Shown here piece after piece: positions 46,236-54,501 of a stretch of DNA of 64,000 bases. Position 1 is the first letter of the stretch; every line of letters starts with the position of its first letter. The notes below the pieces were generated by a model. That model saw nothing but the letters and a program-made list of their open reading frames with translations, was not told the DNA's origin and made no database searches. The stretch covers positions 2,356,079 to 2,420,078 of the forward strand of contig OY764017.1 in NCBI GenBank assembly GCA_963667795.1, in the 5' to 3' direction. Position numbers and translations under genes: made by a program. The DNA is from Christensenellaceae bacterium. Its GTDB lineage: Bacteria > Bacillota > Clostridia > Christensenellales > CAG-138.

Positions 46236-47455
46236 TGAGCACAGGCGTGTTTAGAAATGAGCCTCCAAGGGTTTTATATGGATCGACACTGATGAGCGCG
46301 GAGACGTTTTCCGCGCTGTTTTCGCGTGCGCAGGTACGTCCAAGTCTTGCCGCGCAAAAATATCATGGCCTTATGACAAGAGGATTGGCACACAATGGTG
46401 TTTCCATAACCGCGCTGAGCGTGCCGCCGGTTTCGCGGCAGACGAGCCAAAGGCGGTTTGTACGCGTCCATGATGAAAAAACAAACGGTGTGGCATTTCA
46501 TTATCTGCCGGTGGTTGTCATTCCAGGCCTTAAGCATGCTTTGGTTGCGGCAAGCGCGTTTTTGTATACACTGGTACACTTGGGACGATCGGATTATGCT
46601 GTTTGCGACGGATTGAATATAGCGTTAAGCATGGGGATTCGTGCCGCCGCAAAGTTGAAGCGACGTCCATGCATTGCGATTGTAACCGACGTGCCGGACA
46701 TCCTTGCCGGAGGACAAACACAAACTTCGAAAACGAACACGCATCTTCTGGCACGGTTTGACGGATATATTTTGCTAACCGAGGCGATGAACACGCTGGT
46801 TAACCCGTTCGGGAAACCGTTCTTGGTTGCGGAGGGGCAAGTTGACGCAGCCATGTCGGATGCTGCGAATGATTTGAGCGGCAAGTGCTCCGAAAAAATC
46901 TGTCTATACGCGGGCATGCTACACGAAAAATACGGCGTGGTCAAATTGGTGGAAGCGTTTCGAAAAGTGAACGATGAGGCGGCACGCCTGGTTCTTTATG
47001 GCGACGGCGATGCGACGGAACGAATCCGCGAAATTGCAAACGAAGATGAGCGGATCGAATACCGCGGCATGGCCGATAACCGAACCGTCGTGCAGGAAGA
47101 ATTGAAAGCGACGCTGCTGATCAATCCTCGGCCTTCGGACGAAGACTTCACAGCTTATTCGTTTCCGTCGAAAAATCTGGAGTACATGGTTTCGGGAACG
47201 CCTGTTCTAACGACGAAACTGCCGGGGATGCCGCGTGAATATGACCAATATGCATATCTGTTCGACGACGAATCGGTGGATGGAATGGCAAAAACACTGA
47301 ACGAAGTGCTCAGGCTTTCGCTTGAGGAACTGCATTCGATGGGGAGTCGAGCAAAAGCATTTGTATTAAGCAACAAATCCAATACCGCGCAGGCGCGGCG
47401 TGTACTCGAATTTATGAAGACGCTTGATCGGAACATAACAACACAAGGAAAGTGA
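46235..47455 (+). CDS. Glycosyltransferase family 4 (GT-B)
   Basis: The C-terminal half contains 'YAGMLHEKYGVVKLVEAF..LVLYGDGD' and 'FPSKNLEYMVSGTPVLTT' (E-x7-E type). Confidence 0.75.
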   Translation: MSTGVFRNEPPRVLYGSTLMSAETFSALFSRAQVRPSLAAQKYHGLMTRGLAHNGVSITALSVPPVSRQTSQRRFVRVHDEKTNGVAFHYLPVVVIPGLKHALVAASAFLYTLVHLGRSDYAVCDGLNIALSMGIRAAAKLKRRPCIAIVTDVPDILAGGQTQTSKTNTHLLARFDGYILLTEAMNTLVNPFGKPFLVAEGQVDAAMSDAANDLSGKCSEKICLYAGMLHEKYGVVKLVEAFRKVNDEAARLVLYGDGDATERIREIANEDERIEYRGMADNRTVVQEELKATLLINPRPSDEDFTAYSFPSKNLEYMVSGTPVLTTKLPGMPREYDQYAYLFDDESVDGMAKTLNEVLRLSLEELHSMGSRAKAFVLSNKSNTAQARRVLEFMKTLDRNITTQGK

Positions 47456-47459
47456 TAGG

Positions 47460-48518
47460 ATGGCTGCAAACGAATGTACAGCCCGACAACCAAATATACC
47501 GGAAGGTCCGCAGGCGCGTGTTTTATTCTTTGGCGGTGCGAGTGTATCCATAGAAACCGATATACCCTCGACCGATGTTGAACTGAAGCGGTATGCTAAC
47601 GAGCACGATTATCGTTGTGGAGCCCTGATCTCCGGCACCGGAACGCCCGACTGGCTCAAGGAGCAGGATATCGGCATCGTTTCGTTGCCCGGCATGACGC
47701 AACAGGAACTTTCCATCGTTCGGGAGCAATTGAGCCCATCGGTAGGAATCGGCATTGGTGAGAATGCACCGCTGGCAAACCGACCTGCGGTGATCGCGGT
47801 CAATGGTGTTCGCCTGGGCGTTTTGTCTTTAAACGAAACGACATGGCGCAGCGACGCATACGCCGTGGAAGCGGATATTGAGGATTTGTCCGTCTATGAT
47901 CATGTTCGCATGTTGCTTCCGCAATGCGATCATGTTATTGTATTTTGCCGAACAGGACTGCCGGGGTTTGAAATGCCGCTTCCAGAATGGCGCGAGCGAT
48001 ACCGGCACCTGATAGAATCGGGTGCTAGCATTGTGCTGGGGGTTCGCTCGGACGAGCCGCTAGGTTGGGAAGAGTATGGGCACGGCGTGGCGTTTTACGG
48101 CATCGGCACGTTAACAAGAGAGTCGCTTGCAGTATCGGTGACCTTTGAACGAAACGGCCGATTCACATACGAGTCACGACTGCTGGAAGCAATTGACGGT
48201 AAGATCAGCTTTTCAGCCGATGATACGAAAAAGGAAGCGATCAACGCAAAGAATGCACTGTTGGTTGACGAAGCACAGTATTTGGACGAAACTGAGCGCG
48301 CTTGTGTCGCTTTTTACCAAGCCGAAGGCTATACGGCGCTACTGAACGTGTGCGCAAAACGCGGCGCGCTTTCCGGCTTGCTGCGCAAAAAGCAAGCCGA
48401 CAATCGTCGAATCGACGAAGCGATGCTGAAAGATTTACTTGTAGGAACCTCGCGTAGGTATGCTGTACTGCGGGCACTGAACGCAACCGAACGGACGAAA
48501 GACGGGGACACGAAATGA
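47460..48518 (+). CDS. CapA/PGA_cap-like (metallophosphatase-fold) paralog with all metal-ligand motifs replaced
   Basis: It is collinear with the bona fide CapA-family protein at 59471-60658, but the motifs differ. GDLM becomes FGGA, ANNH becomes LPGM, PHWG becomes CRTG, GSHPH becomes GVRSD, and MGNF becomes IGTL. Confidence 0.55.
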   Translation: MAANECTARQPNIPEGPQARVLFFGGASVSIETDIPSTDVELKRYANEHDYRCGALISGTGTPDWLKEQDIGIVSLPGMTQQELSIVREQLSPSVGIGIGENAPLANRPAVIAVNGVRLGVLSLNETTWRSDAYAVEADIEDLSVYDHVRMLLPQCDHVIVFCRTGLPGFEMPLPEWRERYRHLIESGASIVLGVRSDEPLGWEEYGHGVAFYGIGTLTRESLAVSVTFERNGRFTYESRLLEAIDGKISFSADDTKKEAINAKNALLVDEAQYLDETERACVAFYQAEGYTALLNVCAKRGALSGLLRKKQADNRRIDEAMLKDLLVGTSRRYAVLRALNATERTKDGDTK

Positions 48519-49786
48519 AGATTTTATGGGTGGTCGCACCGATGCTGCCGCAGATTGCGAAACTGACAGGCAACGCCCGGCAATATGCGGGTGGTTGGCT
48601 GGTGTCCGTTTGCGACGGCCTGCTTTCAAACGAAGCAAACGAGCTGTTCATTTGTTATCTTTCGAACGGACGTAAACAAAGCGGAAAGAGCGGCAGGCTC
48701 TCCTATGAATCATATGGCCAGGACACGTTGCGGTATTCAGTTCGGACGCAGCAACAATTTGAAGAAATCCTCCGGCGTGAACAGCCGGACGTCATCCATG
48801 TTTGGGGGACGGAGTATCCGCTTACGTTGGCGATGACCAACGCCTGTGAACAGACGGGGATGCTTGATCGCATGGTCGTCAGCATTCAAGGGCTGTGTTC
48901 CGTTTATGCATGGCATTTTGCCGCAGGGTTGCCGCAGAAGGTGCTGCGAGGGGTGACCTTCCGGGATTTACTCCGGCGGGACAACATCTACAGGCAGCGA
49001 GAGAAATATGTCGTTCGCGGCGCGTTTGAAACGGCCGCACTGCAAAAAGCGGAGCATGTAATTGGCCGGACGGACTGGGACCGTACTTGCGTGCGTCAGA
49101 TCAATTCGGAAGCGTCATACCATTTTTGTAACGAGACTCTACGGGACACGTTTTATGAAGGAAAATGGAGCGCAGACGGCTGTAAACGGCACACGATCTT
49201 CGTTTCTCAGGGAAACTATCCGATCAAGGGGTTGCATAAGGCTCTTGCGGCGTTGGTGTTTTTAAAGAGAGACTTTCAGGATGTTCGACTGGTTACAACC
49301 GGTGCAGACCCGCGTGACGGTTCTTTGAAAAAGCGGATGCGGCGGTCAAACTATGCAAGATATCTGGCAAAGATTATTCGGGATTGGGGTTTGGACGATC
49401 ACGTTGCATTTGTCGGGATGCTGTCGGCAGAGCAGATGAAACAGCAGTATCTGGATGCACATGTTGCGCTGACGCCGTCGTCCATTGAAAACAGCTCAAA
49501 CTCCATCGGCGAAGCGATGTTGCTTGGTGTGCCCGTTGTGGCGAGCTATGTCGGCGGCACGCCGGACTTGCTGGACCATGGTGTGGAAGGATTCTTGTAT
49601 CCGTTCGACGCGCCGTACATGATGGCCGAATACATACGCCGTATTTTTTCAGACGACGCGCTTGCAATAAAACTTGGAGAGAATGGACGCGTCCGTGCAC
49701 AGAAACGGCACGATGCGGCACGTAATTTATCCGAATTAAACGAAATTTACGCACGCCTTGCAAGCGGAACTGAAAAGAAAGGCTGA
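48515..49786 (+). CDS. Glycosyltransferase family 4
   Basis: 'MKILWVV', 'GGW', 'ENSSNSIGEAMLLGVPVVASYVGG' and 'GVEGFLY' form GT4 motifs. 423 aa. Confidence 0.8.
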   Translation: MKILWVVAPMLPQIAKLTGNARQYAGGWLVSVCDGLLSNEANELFICYLSNGRKQSGKSGRLSYESYGQDTLRYSVRTQQQFEEILRREQPDVIHVWGTEYPLTLAMTNACEQTGMLDRMVVSIQGLCSVYAWHFAAGLPQKVLRGVTFRDLLRRDNIYRQREKYVVRGAFETAALQKAEHVIGRTDWDRTCVRQINSEASYHFCNETLRDTFYEGKWSADGCKRHTIFVSQGNYPIKGLHKALAALVFLKRDFQDVRLVTTGADPRDGSLKKRMRRSNYARYLAKIIRDWGLDDHVAFVGMLSAEQMKQQYLDAHVALTPSSIENSSNSIGEAMLLGVPVVASYVGGTPDLLDHGVEGFLYPFDAPYMMAEYIRRIFSDDALAIKLGENGRVRAQKRHDAARNLSELNEIYARLASGTEKKG

Positions 49787-49787
49787 T

Positions 49788-51125
49788 ATGAAACTTTTCG
49801 GCATGGACAACCCGATACGAAAGCGGTTTGCCGCAAACACAGGCTGGCTGATTGCGCAGAGCGTTTTTCAGTATGTCCTTTCGGCGGTCATCGGCATCAT
49901 TGCCGCGCGCTTTCTCGGCCCGGCGAATTATGGCATTCTTGGTTATGGCGTTTCGCTGATGGCCATGTTTCAGGCGTTTTGCACGCTTGGGCTGAATGAC
50001 ATACAGATCACGAATATGATCGAAACACCGGACGACATCGGCGGTATTATTGGAACAGCGCTTGTTATGCGTCTGACCTCATCGACGCTGTCCATCCTGG
50101 GCATCGCTGCTATAGCGATGATCTCCCGTCCCGGCGAAAAGCTGCTGCTGATCGTGACCGTGCTGCAAAGCCTCCAACTGATTCTCCAGGCATTCGATGT
50201 GTTTCGGCTTTGGTTCCAAATGAAGTTGATGAGCAAATATACCGCCATCGGCTCCATCATCGGCAATATCGCCTGCAGCGTGTGGCGCATCGTGCTCCTG
50301 ATTCAGGGTGCGTCGGTGGAGTGGTTCGCATTGACCAGCGTTATACAGATGTTTACGAATTACCTGTTCGTCGCACCGCTGTTTTTTGCAAAGGCAAAGA
50401 TGCGGCTTTGGGTTTCGTTTTCCATCGGAAAGCGGCTGCTGAAACGAAGCTGGCATTTTATCTTGTCGGGCTTGACCAACGCGGCTTCCGCACACTTCAG
50501 CAAGCTCTACCTTGGCGTCGCACTGGGTGACGCGATGCTGGGTTATTATAACGCCGCGTATACAATAGCAACTATGTGGCTGTTTGTTCCACTGGCAATT
50601 GTGGATTCGGCGTTTCCCGTGCTGCTGCAAACCAAGAAAAACAACCCGGAAGCATTCCGCCCACGGTACCAGCTGATGCTGATGGCGGTACTGGGAATCG
50701 GCGTCTGTGCAGGCATCGGCCTGAGCATTCTTGCACCTTGGATTATCAATCTGCTGTACGGTCCGGACTATGCGCCTGGCGCAGATGTTCTGCGTATCGT
50801 TGCCTGGATTGGGATTCTCTCTAATGTCGGTTCCGCGCGGAACATCTGGATTCAGGCGGAAAGCAAACAGAGCTCTGTGAAATACATTTCGTTGCTCTCA
50901 GCAATTGCAAGCATTGTGCTGAGTGTTATACTGATTCCAATCTTCGGCCTCAATGGTGCGGCAATCGCCTGTGTCGTGAGCTTCCTTGTTTCATCGTTTG
51001 TGGCAACGTGGGCGCTGAAGAGTACACGACCGTTTGTATCACTGTATCTTGGATCGTTTGGCACGCTCTATCAGGTTGGGCGAAACTTCCTGCGGAACAG
51101 AAAAGCTGGCGGTGATAACAAATGA
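49788..51125 (+). CDS. wzx: Oligosaccharide flippase Wzx (MOP/polysaccharide biosynthesis protein family)
   Basis: The start at MKLFGMD lies 2 nt after the upstream stop. About 445 aa with about 12 TM segments. 'NTGWLIAQSVFQYVLSAVIGIIAARFLGP.NYG' is present. Confidence 0.8.
   Translation: MKLFGMDNPIRKRFAANTGWLIAQSVFQYVLSAVIGIIAARFLGPANYGILGYGVSLMAMFQAFCTLGLNDIQITNMIETPDDIGGIIGTALVMRLTSSTLSILGIAAIAMISRPGEKLLLIVTVLQSLQLILQAFDVFRLWFQMKLMSKYTAIGSIIGNIACSVWRIVLLIQGASVEWFALTSVIQMFTNYLFVAPLFFAKAKMRLWVSFSIGKRLLKRSWHFILSGLTNAASAHFSKLYLGVALGDAMLGYYNAAYTIATMWLFVPLAIVDSAFPVLLQTKKNNPEAFRPRYQLMLMAVLGIGVCAGIGLSILAPWIINLLYGPDYAPGADVLRIVAWIGILSNVGSARNIWIQAESKQSSVKYISLLSAIASIVLSVILIPIFGLNGAAIACVVSFLVSSFVATWALKSTRPFVSLYLGSFGTLYQVGRNFLRNRKAGGDNK
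50327..51075 (+). repeat. Direct repeat copy 1 (749 bp, inside wzx)
   Basis: It is identical to 53682-54430 (offset 3355, no indels) except for A/G differences at 50362/53717 and 50400/53755. I verified this by comparing the sequence and three reading frames of ORF translations. Confidence 0.9.
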
Positions 51126-52154
51126 AACGATATAAAGTACTGATCATTCAGCAAACGATTCCCAGCTATCGGGTTCCGATTTTCAACTTGTTGGCGCAGA
51201 AAACGGATCTAACGGTTGTATACGAATATGGAGCAAGGCCATCGGATGCAGCATTTTGCATGAAACAAATGCAGACATTCCACATCACTCGCGTTGGAAA
51301 GGTTATCGCGACGGTTTGAAAAAACTGACGAACGGGTACGACGTCGTGATCAATTCTTACGATACACCGCTGTATGCGGTACGTAAGCTGGTTCGCCTAA
51401 AAAACATGGCTTTGGATTAATCCACTGGGGTATTGGCGTATCGGCCAGCTATTCGTCCCATTTTGATGCCGGGTATATAAACAGACCGTTTTACGATAAC
51501 ATTCTTAGGGAATCTGACGCCTGTTTGTTTTACAGCGTGTATCCAATTGAGAAATATTCGAATGCAGGCTGGTCGCGCGAGAAGCTTTTCACCGCACCGA
51601 ATACTGTCCGTGTTGTACGGGAAGAAACGCCGCAAAAAAAGGACACCATCTTGTTTTTAGGGTCACTCTATCCGCAAAAAGGATCTGATGAGTTGCTGGA
51701 ACAATATTTTCGGGCGTACAGCGTGGATTCAAATGTACCGAAACTGATTTTCATTGGCGACGGCAGCGAACGAGCTCGAATTGAAAGCTGGATATCCCAA
51801 AAGAATCTGAAAGATCGGATTTCGCTGACCGGGGCGATTTACGATGATGCCGTACTCGGCAAATATTTTTCAAAAGCGATCGTGTGCGTTTCACCAAAAC
51901 AGGCAGGGTTGACGGTTTTGAAGAGCATGGGGTGCGGCGTAGCGTATGTGACGAGAAAAGATGTGATTACCGGTGGCGAAATTTTTAACATTCAGGATGG
52001 GATAAACGGCGTTTTATACGAACAACAAGACGAACTGGGCGATATCATTCTTGATTTGATCAAAAACCCGGACAAATACCATCAAATGGGACGAAGAGCA
52101 AGGGAGCATTACGATCAAAATAGAAGCCGTCTGATATGGTGGATGGATTTATGA
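51122..52154 (+). pseudogene. Glycosyltransferase family 4 gene disrupted by at least 2 frameshifts
   Basis: The N-terminus 'MKRYKVLIIQQTIPSYRVPIFNLL' (51122-51319) reads in one frame and the middle 'GYRDGLKKLTNGYDVVI..' in a second. A third frame carries 'GLIHWGIGVS..' through the C-terminal GT4 domain (51525-52154: 'ILFLGSLYPQKG', 'FIGDGSER', 'GGEIF'). The second shift coincides with an A6 run at ~51403-51408, where A7 would restore the frame. Confidence 0.7.
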
Positions 52155-52203
52155 ACGCAATTGACTACGCCGCCCGAATATCCAAGGAACGGAGCGATGG
52201 ACG

Positions 52204-53319
52204 ATGAAAAAAGTAATGGTTATTTTCGGCACTCGGCCGGAAGCGATAAAAATGGGTCCTGTTGTGCTGGCACTAAAAGCAAGCGGCGACATTGAAACGG
52301 TCGTCTGCGTGACTGGGCAGCATAAGGAGATGCTTCAGCAAGTTCTTGATTGTTTTGCTATCGAACCGGATTATGATCTTGCCGTCATGCGTGAACGGCA
52401 GACGTTGTTTGACATCACGCGCAACATTCTGGCTTCCATCGGCGAAGTTTTACAGAAAGAAAATCCGGATATTGTGCTTGTCCATGGCGACACAACAACG
52501 ACGTTTGCTTCCGCGCTCGCAGCATTTTACCTGAAGATTCCGGTTGGACATGTGGAAGCCGGTCTCCGAACGCATGATCTGTACGCGCCGTTTCCGGAAG
52601 AATTTAACCGAAAAGCTACGTCGATCGTTGCGGCGCTTAACTTTGCGCCGACCGAATTAGCCAAACAGAATCTTCGGAGCGAAGGATATGATGAAGCAAG
52701 TATCTTTGTTACGGGAAATACGGCGATCGACGCCATGAAGACAACCGTGCAAGAAACGTTTGAATCTCCCCTGACGCATTGGCTTGGCGACAGCCGGCTG
52801 ATTCTTTTAACCGCCCATAGGCGAGAGAACATTGGTGAGCCGCTGAAAAATATCTTTCGTGCGGTTCGCAGGATCGTAGAGGAAACACCTGACGTTAAGG
52901 TGATCTATCCTGTGCACATGAACCCCGCAGTGCGCGAATCGGCAAACGAAATTCTCTCCGGCAACGACAATATTCGGCTCATCGAGCCGCAGGACGTGCT
53001 GACATTCCACAACCTGATGGCGCGCGCGTATTTGATTATGACCGACAGCGGCGGCATTCAGGAAGAAGCTCCTTCGCTGGGGAAACCGGTTTTAGTGCTG
53101 CGGGATGTAACGGAACGACCGGAAGGCATCGAAGTAGGCACGCTTAAGTTGACCGGGGCCGATGAACAGACGGTTTATCACGAAGCAATGCGCTTGTTAA
53201 CCGACAAGGATGAATATATGCGTATGAGTACGGCAAAAAACCCGTATGGCGACGGATTGGCATCCGAACGCATTGTCAAAGCAATATTGGAATGGAATGG
53301 TGGGCAAACAACGCTGTAA
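52204..53319 (+). CDS. wecB: UDP-N-acetylglucosamine 2-epimerase, non-hydrolysing (WecB/MnaA)
   Basis: 'VIFGTRPEAIKMGPV', 'VTGQHKEML', 'VHGDTTTTFA', 'HVEAGLRT' and 'TDSGGIQEEAPSLGKPVLVLR' are present. 371 aa. Confidence 0.9.
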   Translation: MKKVMVIFGTRPEAIKMGPVVLALKASGDIETVVCVTGQHKEMLQQVLDCFAIEPDYDLAVMRERQTLFDITRNILASIGEVLQKENPDIVLVHGDTTTTFASALAAFYLKIPVGHVEAGLRTHDLYAPFPEEFNRKATSIVAALNFAPTELAKQNLRSEGYDEASIFVTGNTAIDAMKTTVQETFESPLTHWLGDSRLILLTAHRRENIGEPLKNIFRAVRRIVEETPDVKVIYPVHMNPAVRESANEILSGNDNIRLIEPQDVLTFHNLMARAYLIMTDSGGIQEEAPSLGKPVLVLRDVTERPEGIEVGTLKLTGADEQTVYHEAMRLLTDKDEYMRMSTAKNPYGDGLASERIVKAILEWNGGQTTL

Positions 53320-53416
53320 ACAAAGCGAACGGACTTGTGTCCGGCCTCTGGAATTATTATAATAAGTAAGCGCTTTCAATCGTAGCGTGTTCAATGCGGA
53401 AGAGACGACGGAGCGG

Positions 53417-53681
53417 ATGAGAATCAATGTGGTTGGCCTTGGATCATCGGACTGCCAACGGCGCTGAGCCTGGTGCAGGTGGCTGGGAAGTTGTCGGAGC
53501 CGATAAAAACGGACAGCTGCTTCAAAGACTTTCGTCCGGCGAGACAACGTTTGAAGAAAAGGGGATGCCGGAGCTTTTTGAGAAAGCAGCAGCAAGCGGG
53601 AACCTCACATTTTCACAGACATGCGTTTCTGCGGACGTTTATATCGTTGCCGTTCCTACACCGTATATGAAGACCAACAAG
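53417..53681 (+). pseudogene. wecC: 5' remnant of a UDP-ManNAc dehydrogenase (WecC/Cap5O-like), frameshifted and truncated
   Basis: 'MRINVVGLG', 'IIGLPTALSLVQ' and 'GWEVVGADKNG...SGNL.F...ADVYIVAVPTPY' are spread over three frames. These form the Rossmann GLGYIGLP and the VPTP motif. The remnant ends abruptly at the junction with repeat copy 2. Confidence 0.65.
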
Positions 53682-54430
53682 CGCATTGACCAGCGTTATA
53701 CAGATGTTTACGAATTGCCTGTTCGTCGCACCGCTGTTTTTTGCAAAGGCAAAGGTGCGGCTTTGGGTTTCGTTTTCCATCGGAAAGCGGCTGCTGAAAC
53801 GAAGCTGGCATTTTATCTTGTCGGGCTTGACCAACGCGGCTTCCGCACACTTCAGCAAGCTCTACCTTGGCGTCGCACTGGGTGACGCGATGCTGGGTTA
53901 TTATAACGCCGCGTATACAATAGCAACTATGTGGCTGTTTGTTCCACTGGCAATTGTGGATTCGGCGTTTCCCGTGCTGCTGCAAACCAAGAAAAACAAC
54001 CCGGAAGCATTCCGCCCACGGTACCAGCTGATGCTGATGGCGGTACTGGGAATCGGCGTCTGTGCAGGCATCGGCCTGAGCATTCTTGCACCTTGGATTA
54101 TCAATCTGCTGTACGGTCCGGACTATGCGCCTGGCGCAGATGTTCTGCGTATCGTTGCCTGGATTGGGATTCTCTCTAATGTCGGTTCCGCGCGGAACAT
54201 CTGGATTCAGGCGGAAAGCAAACAGAGCTCTGTGAAATACATTTCGTTGCTCTCAGCAATTGCAAGCATTGTGCTGAGTGTTATACTGATTCCAATCTTC
54301 GGCCTCAATGGTGCGGCAATCGCCTGTGTCGTGAGCTTCCTTGTTTCATCGTTTGTGGCAACGTGGGCGCTGAAGAGTACACGACCGTTTGTATCACTGT
54401 ATCTTGGATCGTTTGGCACGCTCTATCAGG
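53682..54430 (+). repeat. Direct repeat copy 2 (749 bp)
   Basis: See copy 1. Confidence 0.9.
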
Positions 54431-54471
54431 CAGTGAGGAATTACTTGAGAAATAGCAAGGCGGGCGCTTAG
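53682..54471 (+). pseudogene. 3' fragment (~260 codons) of a second wzx, with its own divergent last ~14 codons
   Basis: It matches wzx residues ~181-430 and then reads 'QAVRNYLRNSKAGA*', where copy 1 reads 'QVGRNFLRNRKAGGDNK*'. It lacks the N-terminal ~180 codons and has no start context of its own. Confidence 0.8.
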
Positions 54472-54501
54472 AAGAAACCGAGAATATAAGAGGCTCAACA
54501 A

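Noticed and set aside
53427-53885. A 152-aa ORF spanning the wecC remnant and the start of repeat copy 2
   Set aside because: It is a chimeric reading. Its first half is one frame of the decayed wecC, and its second half is an out-of-frame reading of the wzx repeat. It crosses the recombination junction and is not a gene.
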